Origin: the human T2T-CHM13v2.0 reference genome, Homo sapiens
NCBI RefSeq assembly: GCF_009914755.1
Contig: NC_060925.1
Reading direction: 5' to 3' (one strand)
DNA: 64,000 nt
In this document: in pieces, positions 40,371 to 52,542 of the stretch
Layout: each line of letters begins with the position of its first letter
Numbering within the stretch: the stretch's first letter is position 1
Notes under the pieces: model-generated
What the model was told of the DNA's origin: nothing
Database searches by the model: none
What the model saw: the letters and a program-made list of their open reading frames with translations, nothing else
Translations under genes and position numbers: made by a program

Positions 40371-41759
40371 CTACACAAAAAGAAAAATATTACTAAGTAA
40401 ACCATACATTTTTTATGATAGTATATTTTAAAATATCACACTTACGTGCAATTATATATATGTATATACACATACACATACATGTTACATTTGTATATGT
40501 GTGTATTACCAGGATTAAAAAGTATTATATGTTTAATAAGACACAGGATCAAGTCAATATTTTAAAATAGAAAAAGTCTGAAAAAATTATGGATTCTGAG
40601 TTTGATTCATATTACACATAACAATTAAATACTGCCAAATTGAGGATTATTTTGAGGGAGTGTTTAGATATAAACTCCACGTTCATTTTTATCTACTACC
40701 ACTATCTTTTCTTCATCCTTGTTTCTATTCTGCCTATTGCTATGCTATTTGAATATTACTGATTTGGGTGAGACCTAAGATTGAAATGAACTGTATCTCA
40801 CTATTATGCTGCTTTTATAGTGAAGTTTGCTTAAAATCTTTCGAGTGCCACTAAATAAAATATGTTCCATAGAAATCTAGCATTTTTTTTACACAGGGTT
40901 ACAAAGAATAGAAATCTTAAATGAGGGAATATACTGTTAACCATATTATTTTAGGTAATGGAAGAAGGGACTGGTCTACAGCCACATACATATGCCACAT
41001 AGCAAACTCATCAGTTTTAACATTTACCTTTTGCTCCTACAATTAAAAACTCAAAGTTCTTGCCCATAAAAAGAAAACCAAAGTAGCATATGTCAGTTAA
41101 TTCCACAGACAGAAACTTATCATAAAAACATCAGCTACGATTTTGAGAGATTTATGGATACCTTTCTCATAATCTAAGTTTTCTAATACATCTATCTAGC
41201 TTGAATTATTTCCCTGATTTTTGTATCTAAATCTGAAATCAATCAACTATATAAATATATAAAACAAAAAAGCCAGTCCCTTTAGAATCCTCATCTTGAA
41301 AGTCTGAGCTTATTTTGTTGTGTTATTACAGTTTTGTATATATGTTTGACTCCTGTTAATTTGTACATAACTACTCATGTAAGCCTCATGAGAGTATGGA
41401 CCATTTCTATCTTACTTATCATTAATCTTTAGCACAATCTCTGATGTGTTGGAGGCCCTCAACAAAAATGTGCTTAATCAAAACTTTTCTTATATTTGTA
41501 TACCTTTTGGATGCTTAACTTTGTCATTTTTTTAAATACCATGCATGAATTTATCTTAGCAGACAAAATATTTCTTATACTAGCACGAATAATACTCACT
41601 TAAAAATTATTCCACTGTTATTACTAAAGAACTTATGATAGCCCCTCTGATGCTCCATGAAAGTATTCTACTTTCAATATTTGGGTCTCTCTTTACACTA
41701 CTATAGCTGCAACCTTGTTGGCAAGTTTTTAAAAGTCCAATTATTTTATTAATACCAAC

Positions 41760-41890
41760 CTGATTTGTTTTGTAGTATAACTACTCCACGTTTACTTGTA
41801 TTGGCCATGTTGTACATTATATATTGGGGAATTACTTGTTTTGGATTTATGACTTCTTCTAGGGATGGCACACCTAAAATGGTTTGCAGG
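41760..41890 (-). CDS. DEPDC1: DEPDC1 exon 5 (131 nt)
   Basis: LQTILGVPSLEEVINPKQVIPQYIMYNMANTSKRGVVILQNKS; tttag/gttggt. Confidence 0.95.
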
Positions 41891-42301
41891 CTAAATAGAA
41901 GAAAGAATATTAACTTTTTTTCTTCATAAATAGATTATACATATGAATATGACTAGTAAACAAAGCCATCAGAATATTTTATTTTTTTAACCAAATTTCT
42001 AAGACTTATATTTAGTATCCCCTTTCAAATACATTTATCTCAATAATCTTAAAAGGATTCCAATATATATCCCAAACTATGGCCATAATGTTGATTCAAA
42101 GAAAAGGTGAATCATACCGAAACATTCAATTTCTACTCTACTAGAGCTATAACAAGAGTATTTATTTAAAAACACATATACAGGTTGCATTCTAAGCTTT
42201 CAGAATTAATCTGTTCTGATTCATTTGCATATTTTGATGAAAATGTCAAATTAATAATCAGAACACATCAGGAACTTCATTAAAGCTTAATTTTATCTTA
42301 C

Positions 42302-42420
42302 TAGATCAGAATAACATATCTCCAAACTTCTTCAACATCTTCCTGGCTTAGTTCTCTATTATCAATTGCATTTTCTTGATCTTCATTGATTATTTCATGC
42401 TTTATTTTCTCGCCATTTTC
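42302..42420 (-). CDS. DEPDC1: DEPDC1 exon 4 (119 nt)
   Basis: ENGEKIKHEIINEDQENAIDNRELSQEDVEEVWRYVILI(Y); tttcag/gtaaga. Confidence 0.95.
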
Positions 42421-42837
42421 CTGAAAAAAGGATTATTTTGGTTTAATCTGTTATGCTCAAATTTTTTAAATATTGAAAGCAACAATAATTCTATTACTAT
42501 CAGTCCATTGTGGAGCTATAAAGTATCTCCCAAAGAAATAATGTAATATGGTAATGGAGTTTTTAATTTTGCAGTTGTCCCTACCACCCTCAAATCAATT
42601 TAAACCAAAACACACTTAAATTATATAACTGTTGTTTTCAATTATGTCTCACTATCATTTTTATTATTCTTTCTATGGGTTACAAACAATTTTATATATA
42701 CATATTTAGAATGTAATGTAGGTTAGGAGGTTTCAGTTCTGGCTTTAAATATTAAAGAATAATTTACTTTTAATGATTCTATCATTGAGTACATCATAAT
42801 TATATTTAAACTAGTAATTAGTAAAAGGATGTGTTAC

Positions 42838-42994
42838 CTGAGATAAATGTAATCCATGCCTTTTAGGAGTTCTACGAGATAAGTTTCGTAATTTAAAAAT
42901 GCTATCTTTATCTTTGGAAAAGTTCTCTATGTTGTTTTTTCTCAATTCTGGATACCTTCGTGGTAGAGTTTTAAGTGGCGAAGTTGCAGGAAAT
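42838..42994 (-). CDS. DEPDC1: DEPDC1 exon 3 (157 nt)
   Basis: FPATSPLKTLPRRYPELRKNNIENFSKDKDSIFKLRNLSRRTPKRHGLHLSQ; accag/gtaaca. Confidence 0.95.
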
Positions 42995-43500
42995 CTGGTT
43001 TAAAAACAATAAGCAATTAAATAATGTGAGATTAGAAACAAACTTTTAGAGCCTATTTTTTTTTTAAAATTCACATAAAGAGCCTGACTTATTAATACTA
43101 CCAAGTAATAAAGATTCTAGACAAATAAATTTTCCCATTAAACCTTTAAAAAAAATAGGTTCCTTTTTTCTTTAGTATATTGTGTATATTTTAACTTTAT
43201 TTCTGGATAATTCAGGGTTATTATTAGGGTCAATTCTGGTAGAGGGGTATTGCTTACACACAAAATGGCTCTAGAATGCTACATTTTCTAAATTTCTTTG
43301 ATGAGTTATCTAGTTTGTATATTCCCTCTTTTGTTTGTGTTTGTCCTCATTTCTGGAACTTAGTTTCTATTGCTTCTTTTGATTGTAATGTTTTGGCCTC
43401 CTTTTATTTTAATATAAAATACTTCAAAGATATAATAAAACAATACCCATGTATGTAACTGGCAACCAATGTAATTGTTGACATTTTGCCAGACTTCTCC

Positions 43501-44963
43501 TTTAATTTTTTTAAACTTTTATTTTAAGTTCAGGGGTGCATGTGCAGGTTTCTTACATAAGTAAACTTGTGTTGTGGAGGTTTGTTGTACGGATTATTTC
43601 ATCACCCAAGTATTTAGTACCCATTAGTCATTTTTCCTGAACCTCTCCCTCCTCACACCTTCCATTGTCCAATAGGCCCCAGTGTCTATTGTTCCCCTCT
43701 ATGTGTCCATGTGTTCTCATCAGTTAGCTCCCACTTGTAAGTGAGAGCATGTGATATTCAGTTTTCTGTTCCTTAGTTTGCCTCCACCTCCATCTATGTT
43801 CCTGCAAAGTACATGAACTCATTCTTTTTTATGGCTGCATACTATTCCATGGTGTGTATGTACACATTTTCTTCATCCAGTATACCACTGAGGGACATTC
43901 AGGTTGACTCATTGTCTTTGCTATTGTGAATACTGCTGCAATGAACATACGTGTACATGTGTCTTCATGACAGAATGATTTATATTCCTTAGGGTATATA
44001 CCTAGTAAAGGGATTGTTAGGTTAAATGGTAGTTCTGGTTTTAGGATTTTAATGAATCATTATACTGTTGTCCACAACTCATATGGAACCAAAAAGAGCC
44101 CAAATAGCCAAGGCTATCCTAAGAAAAAAGAACAAAGCTGGAGGCATCATGCTACCAGAATTCAAACTATACTACAGGCCTGTAGTAACCAAAACAAAAT
44201 GGTACTGGTATAAAAACCAACACATAGACTAATGAAACAGAATACAGAGCCCAGAAATAAGGCCATGCACCTACAACCAACTGATCTTCAGCAAAGCTGA
44301 CAAAAACAAGCAATGGGGGAAATGATTTCCTATTTAACAAATAGTGCTGGGATAACTGGTAAGTTACATGCCGAAGATTGAAATGGGACACCTTCTTACA
44401 CCATATACAAAAATTAACTCAACATGGATTAAAGAGTTAAGTGTAAAACCCAAAACTATAAAAAACCTGGAAGAAAACCTAGGCAATATCATTCTGGACA
44501 TTAGAATGGGCAAAGATTTCATGATGAAGATGCTAAAAGCAGTTGCAACAAAAGCAAAAATTGACAAATGGACTGTAGTTACATGAAGGAGCTACACAGC
44601 AAAAGAAAACTATCAATGGAGTCAACAGACAACCTATCGAATGGGAGAAAATTTTTGCAAACTATGAATCTGACAAAGGTCTAGTATCCAGCATTTACAA
44701 GGAACTTAAATTTAAAAGCAACTCCATTAAAAAGGGGGCAAAGGACATGAACTGACACTTTTCAAAAGAAGACATATATGCAGCCAACAAGCATATGAAA
44801 AAAGTTCAATATTACTGATTGGAGAAATGTAAATCAAAACTATAATGAGATACCATCTCACACCAGTCAGAATGGACACTATTAAAAAACAAAAAAATAA
44901 CAGGTGCTGGCAAGGTTGCGGAGAAAATGGAATGTTTATACACTGTTGGTGGGAGTGTAAATA
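43501..44963 (-). mobile_element. 5'-truncated, 5'-inverted L1 (older L1PA-type)
   Basis: 43501-44077 is the L1 3' end on the minus strand; 44078-44962 is the preceding ORF2 part on the plus strand; TSD ctccttt; TT/AAAA target. Confidence 0.9.
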
Positions 44964-45161
44964 ACTCCTTTTTTAAAAAAAATGAAATTCTTTGCTCATT
45001 CATATCTCCCTCTAAGGGAGAGTAAAATATAAACTTACAGTTTCATAAAATAAACCTATAGTTGTATTTCTTTTCCATGCTTTTATACTTTTAATAAATG
45101 TATATAAACAATATGTGGTTTGGTGTTTTTTCACTTTATCATATCTTTTACCATATATCAA

Positions 45162-45442
45162 TTTTTTTTTCTTCTCCAAGTTTTACTCTGTCACCCAGGA
45201 TGGAGTGCAGTAGTGTGATCACGGCTGACTACAGTCTCAACCTCCCGGGCTCGGCCTCCCAAGTAGATGAGACCACAGGCATATGCCACCATGCCTGGCT
45301 AATTAATTTTTTTTTTTTTTTTTGTAGAGACAGGGTCTCACTATGTTATCCAGACTGGTCTCGAACTCCTGGGTTCAAGTGATCCTCCTGTCTTGGCCTC
45401 CAAAAGTGCTGGGATTACAGGTGTGAGCCACTCTGCCTGGCC
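45162..45442 (-). mobile_element. Alu (AluJ-like)
   Basis: Antisense diverged Alu. Confidence 0.9.
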
Positions 45443-45743
45443 CCATACATCAAATTTATTCAAAAAGTTTGTAGTGACCTCAAAAGTTTGAACACCTCAG
45501 AAGTTTGACCTTGGTCTTCAAAATTCTCTTAGACTTTTACCAAATGAATTTTAGAATCTGCTTATCAAGTTCCACAAAGAAACTATATTGAAGTTTTGAA
45601 TGAAAATGCACTGAATTTCTATTTCAATTTGGGAGGAATTGACTTGTATATACATGTACTAAGTATTTTCATTCATGAACAGGGTATCTTTCTCCATTTA
45701 TTCTATTTAATACAATTTAATACTTTTCTCCAATAAGGTCTTA

Positions 45744-46118
<375 letters not shown>

Positions 46119-47112
46119 TTATAGCCTAACAAAAAGAAGATTCATCTTGGAGAGAGATGTGTACAGATCAGAGAACTACTTAGGGAGCACAATAGACTAA
46201 ATCATATTTAAAGGACAAGAAAGGGAAAGAATCAAGGCAACTATAGGGAAGGCAATGCAATTTATTCAGATAGGAAACCTAAGAAGACAAAACTTAGGTT
46301 AGAGGGTGATAGTCATTTTTCTATACGGTTTATTTGAAGTGCCTTTCCAGGAGGCAGATGAAAAAACATGGGCCGAAAGCTCAGGAAAGATATTTCAGGA
46401 GAGGCCTGAAAGTCTTAAGAAAAGTAGGCGAAGACATGGCATGAGATTGCCTAGGGAGAAGGTGAAGTAAGGACAAGGGCAGGAACTTGAAGATGGGAGA
46501 GTTAAAGGATGAGCAGCAGTAAAGGAGCCCACAAAGATAACTGGGGAGTAGTTAAGAGAGGGAAGATTTGTAGAGTGCTATACAAAATGGATTATTCATA
46601 TGATTGTTATTGTAGTTTACTTGTATGACATAAATCATTTTTGGTACATAGGAAACAATAAATTCTTAGACATTTCATTTGAAAAGTACCTAATGTTGTA
46701 GGAAAAAAAAAGCATGGGCATTAGATTCCACAGGCCTAGTTTAATGGATACATAACAAAGAACCGTAGGTCATAAGAGAAAAAGCAATTATGCTGACCTG
46801 TGGGAATCAGAAAAGCTCCACAGAAGAGGCTATAAAGGAGCTGAGATTAAAAGAAATGTATAAGTTTACTAGCCTGACAAATGTGTACAGTGTCTCACGG
46901 TGGAAAAACATTTCAGGCAGACAGAACAAGATTTGTTGAAGCATGGTCTCAGTTTCCCCATCTGTTAAAAGGGGTTAATACCTACCCTGCTTGGCTACTA
47001 TAGCAATTAAGTAAGAACACATATGTAAATCATCAAACAGAGTTTCTGTTATATCTTAACTGCTTAATAAATATTCTCTTTAACCTGTGGTATATTTCTT
47101 CTGTTATCATTG

Positions 47113-47385
<273 letters not shown>

Positions 47386-47815
47386 CTGTTATTTGTCTGT
47401 TATTTATTATGTAAGATTTGCTATTATCCTATTACATGTATTCTTAAATTAAATTATATGTTTGAAGGGAAGGATCTGTGAACTTATAATCTAGAAACTA
47501 TGCAACTAAAGGTCAGTAATATGTCCTTAAAATGTTATAAAGTGTTCAGAATATGCGGAAGTGATAATATATCAGTATTTCCCTTCCAATTCCCTACTTT
47601 ATTATATATGCTAACACTTAAAAACTTTAAATTTTGTAGCAATTAACTTTCACATTACAATTTTTCTAAATGATTTTAGTTGAACTAACAGCATTAATAG
47701 TTTTCCAAAGAAATAAAACTTCTTTGAAGAAGCTGCTGTTATAGTAAAAGTATAATATAAGTAGAGATAAAACTTTACAGTAATTCAGTTTTACAGTTAC
47801 ATATCTGTTCATTAC

Positions 47816-48081
47816 CTGAAGAGCTGGTTGTTATCATCAACATTTTCTGATCCCCACCTCCCTTTGATATCTTCAATTACATGATTCTTAAGAAATTTCC
47901 TCAACAGTTGGATAGTCTGTTGCCTTGTAACTTCAGGACCAAAATTGCTATTATTTCTTAATAGGTCATAAAGCCAATCCACTGCTTCTCCTGCTGTGAA
48001 ACAATTGCCATATTTTTTAAAGTGTTGTCTGTGTTTTCTTAGAGGCATTCCTGCTCGAAAAGATGTGGTAACTTCATTCCA
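47816..48081 (-). CDS. DEPDC1: DEPDC1 exon 2 (266 nt), DEP domain
   Basis: [89 protein letters not shown]; [11 protein letters not shown] is a DEP signature. Confidence 0.97.
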
Positions 48082-48215
48082 CTGTAAAAAGAAGGAAAAT
48101 ATTTTTAAAAAATTGAAGAAAAATTAAATCTCATATTGATTTGAAGTACATTAGGTAAAGAAAATTCTTTAATTCACATCTGATTATATCATAAAAATTC
48201 TTGAAGAATCATTCA

Positions 48216-48540
<325 letters not shown>

Positions 48541-50244
48541 ATTATATCTTACACTGCTTTCTTTTTATTAATTCTAGTGCTGTAGTAATATTTTTATGTA
48601 ATAGCTTTTTTATTAGAAGAACTTCATTGGCTGATCTAAGATCCTTATTTAAGATCCTGAGCTTATTTAAGAAATCTGGAAATAAGGAAGAACTACAATC
48701 AATAGAGAAAACATTCATCCCTGTTTTTTACCTCAATTAATATTAATGTTGGTAGCACTGTGCTTCACATTCATTATTTCACTTTAATTACCCCAATTCT
48801 ATGAATAGGTACTATTAATTTCTCATTTTTCACATAAGGAAAATAAAGCAGAGAGATTAATAAAATGACCAAGGTCACACAGCTAAGTGATGAACCTAGG
48901 CATTCAAACCCAGGTGTGATTGACTCTAGAAACTGATATTGAGCTGCTCACTCTGTACTGGCCTGAGGACACAGTAATAAAAATGACAGAAAGGGACTCT
49001 GTACTAAGGGAGATTACAGAACGGCTTTCCTGAGATGCAGTACAGGGTAGTGGCTTTAAGAACAGGCTCTGGAGTTAGACTAGTAGGGCTGGTTTCCCAG
49101 CTCTAGCTCTGCCACTATTGTTTATGACTTTTTGGGCCTATCTTCAATCTCTATGCCTCAATCTCCTTAACCACAAAACAGGGACAAAAGGACCTAACGA
49201 ATGGGCTTATTGGAATGATAAAATGATGTAATATATGTGAAGTACTAGTAAGCATTCAGTGCATGTTTTCTTTTTCAGCGTGCTTATACTACTTTCATCT
49301 AATGGGTTTTAAATAATGTGGCAGGACTACTGATTGAGGTTCCTTCCTGTCCTAAATTCTATCCTTCATATTGGTAAATATAGCCAATAACTTACTAAGT
49401 AGCAGAATCCATGTAAGATCGCCATACCAGGAAGATCTGAATTCTAGCTCTGCCACTTGCTGTTGATGTGACTCTAGAGGGCATTTAACGTCTGTGAGCC
49501 TCAGTGTGCACCTGATAAAGTAGGGCTAATAATACATGCTCGTCTGAAGGGCATTCCTAAGAGGAAAATGCTTGTTATTCTGCAGATCACAACACACTTT
49601 AAAAAACAGCATCCTCCTGGGAAACCCCTTAAGGCAAGCATGTATTAGTAACCTTTACCAATGTGGAAACAGGCTCACAGAAGGTAGGGGACTCACCTAA
49701 CGTCACATAACCAGCACCACAGTATCCTATAGAACCGAAGACCCAACTGCACAAAACGCGTTAGGAGTGCTGTACGTGCAATTCAGGGACCACCAGCAGT
49801 GGTTACTGATGGGTACTCAGAAATACCGTTTTGAAACAGGCAGCTGTTATCCTAGTGCTATTCGGCCGATACATCCTGCGTTAAATTCTATGGGTTCAAT
49901 AAACAAAATTGCCACATTCGGGCTTGCCCCCCACCTAACCCTACAAAGCTTTGGACCTCATTCCCAATTGTTCCCTAATTCTGAGGCGGGTAGAAAATCA
50001 GGCGAGGTGAGCGGCCAAATCGGAATATTCTAAGACGCCCCCACGGGACGCCGGCCACACCAGGCACAGGAGTCGCTCCTCATAGCGAGTCTGGTGCGGC
50101 CTACGCGCGGCGCTTCCTTTCGGACCTGAGGCCCAGACCCTCAAAATAGAGGGAGCGGTGAGTCTGGCAAGGGTTGCATACCCGCTACTTCTCCTCGCCA
50201 GCCTTTTCACTGAACCTAGGGATCCTGGGACTCATCCCTCCGAC

Positions 50245-50286
50245 CGAGGTAAAACTGCGAACGGTCGAGGTAAAACTGCGAACAGT
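50245..50286. repeat. 21-bp tandem duplication
   Basis: cgaggtaaaactgcgaac(g/a)gt x2 (50245-50265, 50266-50286). Confidence 0.95.
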
Positions 50287-50337
50287 GGTGACTGCCGTCA
50301 GCCCGCTGACCGGTCCCGTCTATCCGAGCTGTCTTAC

Positions 50338-50385
50338 CAGCTTGGTGGCCCGATAAGGCCCGGGAGGCACACCCTGACTCTCCAT
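50338..50385 (-). CDS. DEPDC1: DEPDC1 exon 1 coding part (48 nt)
   Basis: MESQGVPPGPYRATKL, ATG at 50385, donor gtaaga; all 12 exons sum to 2436 nt with no frameshift. Confidence 0.96.
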
Positions 50386-50392
50386 AGGTCTG

Positions 50393-50413
50393 TCAGCGCC
50401 CGGTGGCGTCCAT
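50393..50413 (-). promoter_or_regulatory. Upstream ORF (MDATGR*) in DEPDC1 5'UTR
   Basis: cgccgccATGG context, 6 codons + TGA, ends 7 nt before the main ATG. Confidence 0.75.
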
Positions 50414-52442
50414 GGCGGCGAAGGCGACACTCAGGCCCAGCGGCCGCGGCAGTGGCGAGTCTCGGCACAACCGTTGGCCCCGCCGCCGATTTGAATAGCA
50501 TAGAGGGCTGCGCGGATTGGCCGCGCCGCGGGTCACGTGACGCCACAGCCAGGCTCGGGAAGGAGTCGGCGAGGGCCGCTCGGCTGCGTCCTGGGGCTCC
50601 AGTAGCTGGCGCGGGCTGGGGTGGGCTGGGCTGGCCTGGGACCGCCTCGATGGGACAGGCTCGGGTTTCCCTGGCGCTGTTTCTCCCTCCTGCGGTCTAC
50701 GGCGAGGCGGAGTCACAGAGTCCTGTTTTCGTGCTCAGAGGGGATGAGCTCTTTAGTTCCAAACGAAATTATTTGGAGTCCAGCCTTTGGTTTAAGGGAA
50801 TTTGAAATTTGAAAAGACAAGAAAATACGGTTTTTCTGCCTGGCCCTACAGGATCTTCAGCAGTTAGCTTAGAAGGCAAAGCAACCTGATGGATATGTGT
50901 CGCAGTTTCTCTCTCTGCTGCCTATCCTCTCTCTCAGCAGGTGCCATGATTCTCTGAAGTGCTAAAATCTAGGTTCAGAACCCCCTAATTGTGCAGTAAA
51001 ATGGATCATTCAGAACCCCCCAGTTGGGTAATAAAATGGATTATAGGTAGTCTTTCTTAAGTACATACAATGTGGGGCTTGGGAAAGGTTGTGTACAACT
51101 TGTCAAATTGCTTCCCTTAAACTCTACCACTGTATAAGAATGTTGGTTATGTTTGGATCGTGATTATACACTTAAAATTTCACTAGGATCTTAGAAAATA
51201 AATCTTCAACAGAAGTCAATTTTCAAATGACAAAAACTACATTCCGAGAGTTGAAGAGACTTACTCAGTCTTAGGTCTCCTTGGCAAAGCACAGACTTCA
51301 TGCTTTTAATAAATACCCTGTCACCAGTCTGAAACTATCTGATGCTAAGAATCCCTTAGTAAAGTGGGAGATTGCTTGAGTGATTTGAAGCTGTGGAAGA
51401 ATTCACTTGGAAATTAAATAGCAGTTTAAGAGGATAGGATGCAGTAAAAAGAAGAGATAAAGAAAAATGTTCAGGGAGTGGTAGTGTAGGTCTGTGGAGT
51501 TTTCCTTAATTTGGGCAGAAGCACATCTATTTTCTACCAGGACCAGTGGGTAGGAATTTTCAAAAACATACTTGGTAAACAGGAACAATCTACTCAATTT
51601 TCCACTTATGTTAAGGAAAAGTAAAATGATTGATGTTACAAAATAATGTTAACTGTTTCTTACCTGGCTTTATGATACATTGTCCCAGGATTTTCGTTTT
51701 TCTTTTCTTTTTCCTTTCAGAAGGAAATGGAGATGAGACTGTGGAAGCCAAAATTTATTTTTGCCCAGCTCCCCAAGTTGAAAATCATCTCACATACAGC
51801 CTTTGATATAGGTAGCCACAGCTTAATAGTACCTTAATAATCCACTGTGGCTGTGGATTCACTCTGCACCATCCACTTTCACATTTATAGTGTCTTTAGA
51901 TGATAAAATATTTAAAAGTTAGGTTTTTGTTAAATGTGAGTGGTCTGAGTTTCTTTAAGGTAACTTTACATACCTTTGCTCTTAACAATTATTCATTGAT
52001 TGCATAGTTTAAATCTTGGAAGTCATTTTATTTCCTCTCATTACCAATTCTGCGAGAGTCACTTTATCATCCTTTTCCTAATTCTCCTACATTAGAATTT
52101 CTCAGAGTGGGTTAAAAACTACATGTTTTAGAATTTCCTGCAATACCTGTTAAAATGCTGATTCCTGGGATTCCCCAAATCCTGATTGGGGTGTATGTAT
52201 ATATGTGTATGTATGTGTGTGTGTGTGTGTTTGTCATGGGAGGGAGAGTACAGGGTAAATGTGTAGGGTTGGAGGAGGCTGTATCTCTGAAGACTGTGCA
52301 GCTGAGATGCTGTAATGCCCATGAACTGCCTAGCTGTGGACTTATATATGAAAGAAATATGAGCCTCTGTTAATTTACTCTTCTAGCTGAACCTAACCTA
52401 ATCTACTCATTGTGATACAATGAGTATCACAAAAGAAAATGA

Positions 52443-52526
52443 GCTCTCTTCTTTTGTCTGCCACCATGTGAGATGTGCCTTTCACCTTCTGCCATGATCG
52501 TGAGGCGTCCCAAGCCACACAGAACT
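52443..52526 (+). mobile_element. THE1-type MaLR LTR internal fragment inside the L1 TSD
   Basis: gctctctt..ccaccatgtgagatgtgcctttcaccttctgccatgatcgtgaggcgtcccaagccacacagaact matches the THE1 LTR transcribed portion; LTR termini absent. Confidence 0.8.
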
Positions 52527-52542
52527 TAATTCAGGTAGCTGG

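Larger units (their letters stand above)
49985..50730. promoter_or_regulatory. DEPDC1: CpG island / DEPDC1 promoter with cell-cycle elements
   Basis: Only strongly CpG-dense non-Alu region; CHR TTTGAA 50490-50495, MYB site CAACGG (minus) 50471-50476, CCAAT (minus) 50516-50520, palindromic GTCACGTGAC 50532-50541. Confidence 0.9.
50060..51810 (+). ncRNA. DEPDC1-AS1: Probable 5' part of antisense lncRNA (DEPDC1-AS1); exon limits uncertain
   Basis: Prior knowledge of an antisense RNA at this promoter; plus-strand donor CG|GTGAGT at 50157/50158 and strong acceptor (long pyrimidine tract + CAG) at 51720/51721. Confidence 0.45.

Noticed and set aside
50245-50286. Direct repeats as a CRISPR-like array
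   Set aside because: Only two adjacent copies with no spacers, in eukaryotic DNA.
50158-50805. 215-aa plus-strand ORF with repeated RGKTAN
   Set aside because: GC-rich CpG-island ORF starting at GTG; the repeat comes from the 21-bp duplication; no recognisable domain.
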